64,000 nt of DNA, from positions 76,634,001 through 76,698,000 of the forward strand of contig CM059432.1 of assembly GCA_030390025.1 (NCBI GenBank), written 5' to 3'. This DNA is from Squalus acanthias. Lineage: Eukaryota. Numbering within the stretch: the first letter of the stretch is position 1; each line of letters begins with the position of its first letter. Positions 24,754 to 35,291 of the stretch are shown here, piece after piece. The notes beneath the pieces were generated by a model. That model was not told where the DNA came from and made no database searches. It was given only the letters and a program-made list of their open reading frames with translations. A program made the translations under genes and the position numbers.

Positions 24754-24790
24754 AGTTCTGATGATGGGCCATCGACCTGAAACATTAACT
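24754..24790 (+). ncRNA. minimal hammerhead-ribozyme-like motif (mutated) in the Penelope 3' repeat
   Basis: AGTT-CTGATGA-T-GGGCC-ATC-GACCT-GAAAC-ATT-AACT: stem I AGTT/AACT, CUGAUGA and GAAA cores, imperfect stems II and III. Confidence 0.6.
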
Positions 24791-24889
24791 CTGTTTCTCT
24801 CTCCACGATGCTGCCTGACCTGCTGAGTATTTCCAGCATTTTCTGTTGTTGTTTCAGATTTCCAGCATCTGCAGTATTTTGCTATTGTT

Positions 24890-25215
24890 TAGTTAGTAGC
24901 TCTCTCAGCTCTGAGTCAGAAGGTTATGGGTTCAAAATCCACTCCAGACCTTAAGCACAAAGTGTAGGCACACATTTCAGTGCAGTACTGAGGGTGTGCC
25001 ACATTATTAGAGGCATCATCATCCTGCAGATGGATGTTAAAGATCCAATGGCACTACTTGAAGAAGAAGAGAGAGATATTCTGATCAACACTTTTCTTTC
25101 AACCAACATACCAAAAACAGATGAACTGATCATTCATCCCACTGCTGTTTGTGGGGTCTTGCTGTGTGCAAAATGGCTGCTGCACTTACCTAGATAATGA
25201 CAATGACTACACTTC
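24890..25215 (+). mobile_element. Deu-domain SINE (SacSINE1-like), diverged
   Basis: tRNA-like head (GAGTCAGAAGGTTATGGGTTCAAAATCC) then CAGTGCAGTACTGAGGG...; homologous to 38525-38927. Confidence 0.75.
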
Positions 25216-25646
25216 AGAGTTATGAGGGAGTCTTCAGACACTGGGAGGTACCAGGATTGGAAACAGGATAATGTGGTGCCCATATTTAAAAAGAGTGACA
25301 AAACAGACACAGGCAACTACAGATCCATTCTATTCCATGAAAAATAGTGGAAACAATTATCAGGAGTAAATTCCAGGATCAATTTGTACAATAACCTAGT
25401 TAACAACAGTCCACATGGATTCAGAAGGAGCAGATTCTGCCTGATCACCTCCTCAAATCCTCAACTCCTTCAAGGAAGTGACAACCAAGTGGACTGTGGC
25501 AAGCCCTATGATGTGGTGTACCTTGACTTCCTAAAGGCATTTGGCAAAGTTCGAATTAAAAAGGCTATTACTCAAACTCAAAGCTGTAGGGCTTCAGGAT
25601 AAACCTTTTGAATGGTTAAGAAACTGGTTGAAGGGTAGGAAACAAT
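25216..25646 (+). mobile_element. old CR1 fragment, left part (continues at 29766)
   Basis: NVVPIFKK, SPHGFRRSRFCL, YDVVYLDFLKAFGKV. Confidence 0.75.
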
Positions 25647-26147
25647 GGCTGCAAAATTCGGGGGTTTAACTTCGGCCTTTAAGGCCAGTTTTGATGAAAC
25701 AATGGCAGCCGACTCGCCATCACCCGCTTCCGGCGGGTCCCGCGGCGGACGCCATTTTGGGGAGGTCGGTAGCGCTGCCGTTGCCAGCGCTCACTCCAGG
25801 TTTTTAGATTCGGCATATTGTGACGTCAATGAGTGTGCAACGCTGATTTGATGCACGATCTGCCATTTTGGACGTCGCCGTTCCATTTAACGCCCTCTCT
25901 TAATCACGACCAGCTGAGCAAGCGTTCAGCAGCAGGATGGAGCCCCCAGCAGCGCTAATTAAAGGGATCATCAACAACTTGCAGCTGACTTGATTTTTCA
26001 GTTCTACTGGCTCTGTGTAAGTTTGTGCAACTGTTTGGAGCTTTCTAAAGTGTTTAAAGTTGCTAACGTCACAGGGAATGTTACTGCAAGTGGAGAACGA
26101 CTTGCTTCTCATTTAAAGGCTTCTGCTCACACCACTTGCTCCCAGTC

Positions 26148-27059
26148 ATGGGGGCTCTACTTGCAGTCCCTCTCGCATTCAAGTATGATATGGAGGTGGA
26201 GCGGAGACAGCGAAGAAGAGGACAAGATGCTCGCAGAGGGAGGAGGAGGAGGGGCAAGAAGGCTCTCAGCAGGAGACCTTACCCACCTAGGGTCTTCTGA
26301 GAGCACTTCTTCTACATGCACTTAAGCCAGGAGTAGTGTATTAAGAGGCTCCACTTCACCAAGGAGGTGGTCACAGAAATCTGCCACCTCCTGCAACCAA
26401 ACTTGCAGCTTCAGAGCAGGGCGACCACGGCTCTCCCGGTGGCCCTCAAGGTCACCGTGGCCCTCAATTTTTTCACCCTCGGATCCTTCCAGTCTGCAGC
26501 AGGCGACATAGCTAATATCTCTCAGTTTGCCTTGCATCGCTGCATCATGATCATGAATGCCTGCTATCCTGGCAGCAGTCAGGCTGCCTTCATCCTGCGC
26601 CCATCTAGTGTGCCAGCAATCTTCCAGCCACCACGTCAAACTCGAGGGTGGCTGCTCGGCGACAAAGGTTATCCATTCTGCACCTGGCTGATGACTCCCC
26701 TCTGCAACCCCACCACCCGTGGCCAGCAGTTATATAATGACAGCCATGCTGCCACAAGGAACGTCATCAAACAGACCATCGGGGCGCTCAAGCAACAGCT
26801 TTGCTGCCTTGACCACTCTGGAGGAGCCGTCCAGTACTCGCCAGAGCAGGTGTCCCATTTCGTGGTGGTCTGCTGCATGCTCCACAACTTGGCCATCGTG
26901 AGGGCGCAGCCCTTGCCACCAGGGTTTCCAGGACCATTTCAACAGGAGGATGAGGAGGAAGAGGAAGAGGAAGAGGAGGAGGAAGGGAGGAGGCAGGTAG
27001 CAAATCCCCATTCCAGATGGGCTGTCCGTGAGCACCTCATCAGACTCCAATTCCAATGA
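26148..27059 (+). pseudogene. Harbinger transposase, internally deleted
   Basis: [46 protein letters not shown], acidic tail; the GAIDCTH segment is missing near 26547. Confidence 0.88.
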
Positions 27060-27522
27060 ATGGTACCTCAGATCCCCGTTGCTCACCACTTCCCCATCTT
27101 ACCTCTGTCACGGAACGTCCTCCTGGGCACAAAACTGAAATAAGAGCGACCACAAAACACACATTCCAAACAAAATTCATAAATTTATCAAATTCAAATC
27201 AAAAGAACAAAGTCAACTAATCACCCTTGTGAATTCCCTTAGTGTCTGTCTTTCGTGTGCCTTTTACTACTCTAGTGCTCCTATGAAGTTCTTCCCCAGT
27301 GGCTGCAGCATGGCTGGTGGAAGGCTGCTGACTCTCAGTGGGGGAGACGACAGATGGTCTTGCAGGACGACCTCGAGTAGCTCTGGACCTAGAAGGCCCG
27401 GCTATAGACTGTACCACTTCGGCATGGGCGGCAGCAGTCTGGGCTGGGTAGCTGACAGGCAGCAGCAAGGGCACTGGCAGAGTGGCAGCAGTGGGAATAG
27501 GAATGCTGTCATCCTGAGAGAG

Positions 27523-27739
27523 CCATGATGTGGAGATGTCGGTGTTGGACTGGGGTGGACAAATGTGAGAAGTCGCACAACACCAGGTTATAGTCCAACA
27601 GTTTTATTTGAAATCACAAGCTTTCGGAGCGCTGCTCCTTCATCAGACTTCACCTGCCGAAGGAGCAGCGCTCCGAAAGCTTGTGATTTCAAATAAAACT
27701 GTTGGACTATAACCTGTTGTTGTGCGACTTCTCACATTT
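27523..27739. mobile_element. inverted pair of Penelope-type terminal repeats with hammerhead-like cores
   Basis: 12-bp TSD ATCCTGAGAGAG at 27511-27522 and 27740-27751; arms 27561-27641 and 27659-27739 (1 mismatch in 81 bp); CTGATGA-A-GGAGC-AGC-GCTCC-GAAAGCTT on the - strand. Confidence 0.8.
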
Positions 27740-27863
27740 ATCCTGAGAGAGGACAGCAGGTTATTGTTCCATGGAGCCACTGCTACACCCCCGGGGCGGC
27801 GTTTCAGCAATCCTAGTAATCTGTTGGAGGACAGATTGTTGGCCTGCTGTGAAACCCTACAAG

Positions 27864-28008
27864 CAATGTTCCCCCTAATGTTTTTTTAGGTGCACGGCCC
27901 CTTTAAGGGGCTGTGTGGTCCATCCACAGTTTTGCGAAATTTAACATTGGAAAAGCCTCACGGGACTGGCAGACAGCTGCGCAGCCATGCGGCTTAGAGG
28001 GAACATTG
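27864..28008. mobile_element. 145-bp hAT-type MITE
   Basis: TIR CAATGTTCCCCCTAA / TTAGAGGGAACATTG (14/15); 8-bp TSD CCTACAAG / CCTGCAAG. Confidence 0.88.
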
Positions 28009-29765
28009 CCTGCAAGCCGCTTTCGACACTCACACACCCAGCGATGATGGCAGCAGTCTGAGCTTCCACTGCAGCAGTGAGATGTTGGGTTGCTTCCGCC
28101 TGTGCTGCAGTGGAAGCTGTGACATTGCCCATCACACCCAGCAGCATATTTAGGTTCACAAGGTCTCTCATGGAGTTGCCCATTTTTTCCATCCTGGAAA
28201 TCATGAGCTCCAAGCTCTGCACAAAACCCCGTACAATGTTGGAGCCGCACTCCTCCATGCTCCTCGACACTGACAAGAGTCTTTCTGGCAGGCTTGCCAT
28301 TGCATCCAGCATTTTCGTGTGCATGCCCATCACCCTTCTTCTGAAGGCCACCCCATCGAGGTCATCATCTGAGTCCTGTGGAGCAGAACTCATGTGCAAA
28401 CTCGCCATCCAGGGAGCTGGCACCCGAGCTACCCTTTTCTCCGGCCTGGCTGCAGCCCACTCATGCCAGGTGACTCATCACGTGCAGATCCCACCTCTAA
28501 AGTTCGCGCAGTGCCATTTTTTGAGCTGGTGTCTGCGAATGTCAGATGCAGTGCCAGTGTGTCTTCTTCTTCTCCTCCATCAGTGTCTTCCTCATGTTCA
28601 AGGACAGGCTGGCCAGGTTGCAATTGTTCCGTATCTGAAAGCAGAAAGGCACAAAAGTTGGGTTGTGGTGAGGGGAGGGGGGGAAAGCAAGATATCCATG
28701 CATGCATAATCAGCAGCTTGTAAGTGAGAAGAGATTGTGGGATGAGGGGGAAGTGGGATGTGAGAAGAAGGATTAGATATGAACATACCGTCATCATCAG
28801 CAATGCTTTCCACTTCTCCACTTGCCACGGACTCAGTCACAGCCCCTCCAATTTTTGCAACACTGATTCCTTCAGGTTGGTTAGGTTCTCAACCCTCGCT
28901 TGGCCGCCTCCTGTCTGCTGCTGCTCCCGGCGGTTATGAGCCACCTTTGCATGCAAGAGAAAGGGAAGTGTATCAGTGAGTGTAGTGCAATGTGTTTGGG
29001 TAATGTGCCTGCCATGGTTGAATAGTGTGTGCAAGGTGCGAGATGTGAGTGTGAGTGTTGCAGCAGTGGTAAGTATGTGAGGGTGAAGTGAAGCTATGCT
29101 TGTGAGGTATGAGTGGTGATAGCTAGAGATTGCGGGTAGGTGAGTAATGGGGGTGTGGTGCATTGCGCAGTGTGTGAGGCTTGTGGTGCAGATGGTGGGA
29201 TAAGGCATTTGCTGAAGCCTTCGCTCACCTTGACAAGCTGTGTGAGGTCATTAAACTTTTTGCGGCACTGGATCTAGGTCCTGGGGACAACATTCGTCGC
29301 AGTGACGGATTGTGCTATCTCCTCCCAGATCCTTCTGCTGTTTACCTTTAAAGGCCTCTTACCCCCATGTGGGTATAATACATCCTGTCAACATTGGACC
29401 CCCAGGACCAAGGCCTCCAGTATGACATCTGAGAAATGTTTTGCCCTTTCTTTAGGGTGTTGCACCATGGCTTCTTTTCACCTGACAATGAGGTGCTTCT
29501 GCAACAAAGCACTTCCCCTTTAAATAGTGGAGAGCCTAGGCCAAACATTATTGGTCAGTAGACTGCACCTGATATTGCGCCCCCCCCCTTTGAGCGCTAA
29601 GCCAATCAGCTGCGCATTTAGCGCTGAGATCAACGATGCAATCATGTAAATGAGCAGGCAGCACGAATTTTATGTGCTGCCTGGACCACTTTCAACGGGC
29701 GCAGGCAAATAGCGCTGGGCGGTGCCCTCGCCTGTTTTCAGGCCTTACCCCATTTCTAGACCAAT

Positions 29766-30480
29766 AAGTACTCATTAGAGGAGTTATGTCAGTGTGAGGC
29801 AGGTATACTGATTGGGTGTTTTAGGGCTGATTGCTAGGACTACTGTTTCTAATTTACATAAATGACCTGGATTCAGAAATTCAACACAAAGCAGTCAAAT
29901 TTCCAGATGGTAGTAAACTAGGAGGGACAGTGGAATCAGAGAAGGTAGCTCAGAAACTTTAGAATGAGTTGGACAAGATATGTAAGTGAGCAGAACAATG
30001 GCAAATAACATTTAATACAGACGAATGTAAAGTGCTGCACATTGGAAGAAAACAATAGACGACTCACGTAATCCATGAATGGCTTTGAAAAAGCTAAAGG
30101 ATGAAGCTGAAAGAGATCTAGGAGTCGTAGTAGTCTTGACGCTGAAATTGTCCAACCAATTCAAAGCAGCAATCAACAAAGCCAATAGGATGTTGAACTA
30201 CATAGCCAAAACAGTAGAAGATAAATCATAGGAGGGAATGGTGTAACTTTATAATTCTGTCGTCAGATTGCATTTTGAATACCATGTCTAGTTTTGGTCA
30301 CCAAGGAACAAAAGAAAGATTCAAGTGCTGCGGCGAGGAGCCATGAGATTGATCCTCCATCTCAGAAGTCTGAGTTATGAGGAAAGTTTGGGGAAACTTA
30401 GACTTTCAGCCTGGAAAGGAAGCAACTGAAAGGCGATCTTATAGAGTATGTAAGAAAAAGTTAACCTGGAATGTTACTGT
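29766..30480 (+). mobile_element. old CR1 fragment, right part
   Basis: degenerate AAATTTCCAGATGG (KFAD-like), TGGCAAATAACATTTAAT (WQ..FN), AGAGATCTAGGAGTC (RDLGV), TTTTGGTCACCA (FWSP). Confidence 0.7.
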
Positions 30481-30969
30481 AAGAAGCTTTTAATAATCAC
30501 TGGCGAATGCTTGTTTTATTCATAATTAATTACCCACTAGCAAAGTCACAGGAATATCCAGCTTTGATATATGCAATTTTATTAATGGGTTGTTCGTTAC
30601 CACAAAAATGACTTTCTCACATTTTTCATTGGAAAATGAATATTTCCCCCTAGGATGGGTAATATGGTAAATGGAAAATGTCACACTGCTACAGTAGAGG
30701 TGGTTTGTTTAGCGATTGGTTAAAGTACTTAACTGAGGCAGAGTACAGACAACCTGAAATTGCATCTACCCTGCCCTTGATGCTGACATAGGTTCCAAAA
30801 TGTGCACCCTGATCAACACAAAAATAATAACCCCAACCTATTTAGTAGATACATTACCTTTTCTCAAAAAGGAGCAAATTATGATGTAGGCTAGACCTAA
30901 ATGGCCTTGAAGCTATGGAGTTTCTCAGGCTGCTCTAATACAGGATAAGCCTTATGCGTCTTATAACAG

Positions 30970-31265
30970 TGTAGGTTAGCCTGGTGGTTATGGTCCAGGA
31001 CTAGCAACCTAGTCATAATCCCACCAAAGCAAATTGATTTGAGTTAAGTAAATCGGATCATTTGTGGGCTAGTATGAGAAAAATGGATTGTTGTAAAAAC
31101 CAACTGGTTCCCTATTGTCCTTCAGGGAAGGGACCTGCTAATCTGACCTAGATGTGACTTCAGTTCCACACTATGTGGTTGGCTCTTTATGCTTTTGGAA
31201 CAACTAGGAATGGGAAGTAAATATTGTCTTACCAGTGATGACATATTCCAAGAACAAATTTTTTT
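30970..31265 (+). mobile_element. tRNA-headed SINE with a tail similar to the LINE at 53985
   Basis: TAGCCTGGTGGTTA head; 3' AACTAGGAATGGGAAGTAAATATTGTCTTACCAGTGATGACATATTCC resembles the LINE tail AATTAGGGTTGGGCAATAAATGCTGGCCTTGCCAGCGATGCTCACATTCC. Confidence 0.6.
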
Positions 31266-31426
31266 AAGTCAAAAGTACCACCAGTTATAACATTGACTAC
31301 TTTGTCACATTCATGTGCAATATTACTACATTAAACAATGGATATATGTTCACTTATCAAGGAAAAGGTTGAATAATATAGATAAGGATTTTGATAACAA
31401 TAGCCATCTTTAATTTGTAACTCCTT

Positions 31427-31546
31427 GGGGGTAATTTTGAATTTCCATCAAAGTCAATGAAATGAAAATTGGGAGAGATGTATAATAACGGGTGGCTGAT
31501 CTGATATCGCCTGTTATACACTGCCACCCAGTCAAAATTACTCCCC
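31427..31546. mobile_element. ~120-bp Harbinger-like MITE
   Basis: TIR GGGGGTAATTTTGA / TCAAAATTACTCCCC. Confidence 0.65.
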
Positions 31547-31645
31547 TAAACTTAATCATGGTGAACAAAAGAACAGTTACAAAAACATTTAATATCAAAT
31601 CATTAAAGATTTCAAATAATTCAAGTTACAGGTTCCATTTCTATA

Positions 31646-31917
31646 TAAGAACATAAGAATTAGGAGCAGGAGTAGGCCATATGGCCACTCGAGCCTGCTC
31701 CGCCATTCAATAAGATCATGGCTGATCTTCGACCTCAACTCCACTTTCCCCCCCGATCCCCATATCCCTTGATTCCCCTAGAGTCCAAAAATCTATCTAC
31801 CTCAACCTTAAATATACTCATCGATTCAGCATCCACAGCCCTTTGGAGTAGAGAATTCCAAAGGGTCACGACCCTCTGAGTGAAGAAATTCCTCCTCATC
31901 TAAGTCTTAAATGGCCG
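31646..31917 (-). mobile_element. CR1 3' end
   Basis: TAAGAACATAAGAATTAGGAGCAGGAGTAGGCC...TGAGTGAAGAAATTCCTCCTCATC. Confidence 0.88.
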
Positions 31918-32410
31918 ACACACAAGATCATTAAACCTTTTGCGGCACTGGATCCATGACCGTGCATAAATGGACCTTGCGCTCACCTCCTGAGCAATGC
32001 ACAGCCAGGCTGCCTTGGTCTGCTGAGGAGGCTTCCTCCGGCCATCAGGAGGGAAGAGAATCTCCCTGCGCCCTCTGACAGCATCCACAAGAACCTGGAG
32101 GGACTCATCATTAAAACGAGGAGCTGCCTTGCCTCTGGAAGAAGTCATAGCTGTGAAAAGAAGTGCAGGAAACCACAATGGAAAGGCTCAGGCTGGATGG
32201 CAGCTTTAAAAGCAGCTGCTTTTATGACGTTGTCAGAGGCGGTCAGCCGACCCGATCCCACTCATTGGACCGGCCAGCGCGCCTCCATGAAATTAACAAG
32301 GTAATTGAATAAAAATCGCAACTCTGCAGCTGTTCCCACCGGAAGCGGTTCCCAATCCCGCCCACCACGCAACCTGACTCCAACCCGCCTCGGGAATTAA
32401 AATCGAGCCC
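31918..32410 (-). mobile_element. Harbinger terminal fragment with Myb/SANT exon 1
   Basis: MTSSRGKAAPRFNDESLQVLVDAV...AWLCIAQEVSA...RSWIQCRKRFNDL; terminus GGGCTCGATTTTAA at 32410. Confidence 0.85.
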
Positions 32411-33307
32411 TCTGTCTCTTCCTGTCACACTCTGTTTATTTTTCCCCAAATCGCTACACTGCTCCATTGCCTTAACTTTTCTCTTTAGATTTCTAAATTT
32501 CCCCTCACCTGACCCCTCCCCCCCCCACCTTTATAGTTTAAAGCTATATCGACAGCCCTAGTTATTCAATTCGCCAGGACACTGGTCCCAGCCCGGTTTA
32601 AGTGGAGCCCATCCCAATGGAACAGCTCCCTCTTTCTCAGTACTGGTGCCAATGCTCTAAGAATCGAAATCCCTTCCTCCTACACCACTCTTTGAGCCAC
32701 GCATTTAACTCTCTGATCTGCTTGTCCCTATGGCAATTTGCGCGTGGCTCAGGTAACAATCCAGAGCTTATTACCTGTGAGGTTCTGCATTTTAATTTGG
32801 ACCCTCGCTCCTCAAACTCTCTCAGCAGAACCTCATTCTTAGTTCTACCTATGTTGTTGGTTCCTACGTAGACCACAACAACTGGATCCTCCTTCTTCCC
32901 ACTCCAAATTCTTCTTCAGCCACGAGGAGGTATCCTTAACCCCGGCACCGGGCAGACAACACAGCCTTCGGAACTCCCGGCCGCGGCTGCAGGGAACAGT
33001 ATCTATCCCCCTGACTAGACTGTCCCCTACCACTACAATTTTCCTTTTCACTCCCCCCACTTGAATGGCCTCTTGTATCACGGTGTCGTGGTCAGTTTGC
33101 TCATCCACATTGCAGACTCTGTCCTCATCCAAACAGGCAGCAATGACCTCATACCTGTTGGATAAGAGCAAAGGCCGACGCTCCTCCAGCACTGCATCTG
33201 GGGCTCCCTTACCTGCCTGAGTTGCAGTCACACCCTCCTGTCCCTGACCACTAATCAGACCTGTACCACTACCTAACCTAAGGGGTGTGACTGCCTCCAG
33301 GATCAAA
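32411..33307 (-). mobile_element. CR1 ORF1 fragment (SGNH esterase-like domain)
   Basis: LSNRYEV, VVVGDSLVRGID, CCLPGAGVKD, VGTNNIG, SGLLP, IRELNAWLKEWCRRKGFRFLEHW. Confidence 0.85.
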
Positions 33308-33806
33308 GGCCGGAATTTTCCGTTGCCAAGTGTGCGGGTTTGGGGGCGAGTCGGCAGTTAAATTCGCGGAAATTGCCAGCGTGTTGGGAACCCGCTGCCA
33401 TCCTACTGACTTCCGCATTTAACTCGGGCAGGCGACCTCATTCAAGTACATAAATGCTTGTTGAGAGACCCTTAAGAGGGTTTTTAACAGCAACTTTTTG
33501 TTTTAACTTGTGGAACACGGGATTCACGCACCTCGGGAACCTCACCTGTGAAGGGGAGGCAGAAGCTCAGTGGCCATTGTGCGAGTTCATTAATTGAGAG
33601 CTGGGAAAAACACATAAATACACACACATTACACCTGATTACTTGGCTAATGGAAAGGCTCTTGCTGACTCCATTTTGCGCAGAGTTTTAGCTGTCAGCA
33701 CTTTGCAGGACATTTCTGCAACCTCAGAAGCCACTCTCACTACATTGCTAGTCACTACCACAACATTGAGGAATTGGCCCTCTGACCTACCATCTATTAT
33801 AGCAGT

Positions 33807-35040
33807 ATGGGTGCCGCTTATGCTGTCTCACCTTGGACCTCAGAATCGGACCCAGCACCAACAGCACCAGCCACACCAGCAGCAGCAGCCACAACACCAG
33901 CAGGAGCAGCAACCACAACAACAGCCTTCTCCTCAACGACCTGATGCTGCAGAGAAGAGAGGGGGTCAGCACAGGGCTGCACCGCGCAGGAGGCAATACC
34001 CCAACACAGGGTATACAGGCAGAGGATGAGCTTCCTGGACATGACTGAGCAGCAGTGCTTCAGGAGGCTCAGGCTATCGCGTCAGGTCGTCACAGACAGT
34101 TGTAGTTTGCTGGAACAAGACCTGCTGCCCAGAGGTCCTATTGGACATGCCTTACCAGTGGCTGCCAAAGTCACCACTGCCCTCAACTCCTTCGTCTCAG
34201 GCTCCTTCCAGGGATCTGCTGCAGACATTTGCAGGATCTCGCAGTCGGCCGCCCACAGATGCATCACCCAGGTGACAATGCCATGTTTGACAAGTCAGCC
34301 AATTATGTCAACTTTACCACTGATGAAGCCAATGTTACTGAGCGGGTGCTCGGCTTTGCAGTTCTGGCTGGCTTCCCACAGGTGCAGGGCATCATCAACT
34401 GCACACATGTGGCCATCAAGGCACCCCCACATCACCCAGGAGTGTTTGTGAACCACAAGGGCTTCCACTCCCTCAATGTGCAGCTCATCTGCAACCATAA
34501 AAAGATCATCATGCATGTGTGCGCCAGATTCCCTGGCAGCTGTCATGACTCTTTTGTGCTGTGCCAGTCCACCCTCCCTCAGCTCTTCGCACCTCCAAAC
34601 AGACTGGCTGCTTGGAGACAAGGGCTATCCACTGAAGACGTGGCTCATGACACCCTTGAGGAGGTCAAGTACTGAGGCCCAGAAGCATTATAATGACAGC
34701 CACATGTCCACCAGATGTGTCATAGATCAAGCAATAGGCATGCTGAAGATGCGCTTCAGATGCCTTGACAGATCTGGAGGAGCCCTTCAGTATGCACCAG
34801 CCAGGGGCTCCGGAATCATCGTCCTTTGCTGGTCACTGCACAACATAGCGCAGCAGCAAAAATTGAAGCTGCAGGAGGAGCAAGGCTCTGAGCGCACATC
34901 CTCTTCAGAGGAGGAGGAACAGGTGGAAGACGAGGAGGAGGAGGACAATGAATCTGATGTGTAGTTGGCACCAGCAAGCGGTGCACATTGCTGCCCAGGA
35001 GGCCTGGGATGGCCTCATAATGGCCAAATTTACTTAACTT
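33807..35040 (+). pseudogene. Harbinger (HARBI1-like) transposase, frameshifted, Gln-rich N-terminus
   Basis: [86 protein letters not shown]. Confidence 0.9.
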
Positions 35041-35291
35041 ACTCTAATGCACCTATATGGCTGCCACATTCTGTACTAAGCTCCCCCCTGCCCAACAACA
35101 TCATAAAGCAGCCCTACAATGAACAAGCCATTCCTGTCACCCAAACCCCCAGTGCTCAAGGTTAAGTAATGTCTCACCATTCACTCCAAGTGACAAAGCC
35201 ACTTCCCAGGTAGCAGGCAAAAGTGGACAACACCAGAAAGTGGTGCAAAGAAATACATTTATCTGTGTCATCAAAATAACTCCTTGTGCAT

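Larger units (their letters stand above)
20479..24887 (+). mobile_element. Penelope-like element (RT + GIY-YIG) with inverted 5' partial repeat, interrupted by CR1
   Basis: RT: FYLLPKIHK, MDVQSLYTSIPH, QIKGVAM, FFRYIDD; GIY-YIG: NLVYCFRCSRCSLLYNEETKRRL..HF.EH...PV.CHF...PSGLN; 20479-20767 is an inverted copy of 24281-24569. Confidence 0.92.
27217..29468 (-). pseudogene. spliced Myb/SANT-like DNA-binding gene of Harbinger B
   Basis: exon 1 29468-29229 (MVQHPKERAKHF...IWEEIAQSV...IQCRKKFNDLTQLVK then GTGAGC donor, with stops); exon 2 AKVAHNRREQQQTGGG; later exons to stop at 27217. Confidence 0.8.
25647..29762 (+). mobile_element. PIF/Harbinger element B
   Basis: AAT TSD at 25644-25646 and 29763-29765; GG...CC termini with weak TIR similarity; transposase on +, convergent Myb gene on -; splits an old CR1. 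Confidence 0.88.

Noticed and set aside
27561..27739. miRNA precursor or rho-independent terminator
   Set aside because: Near-perfect 81-bp stem with TSD and hammerhead-like cores is better explained as an inverted retroelement end.
31900..32178. Host MSANTD/NAIF1-like gene
   Set aside because: Adjacent to a Harbinger terminus and cut by a CR1 before the splice donor.
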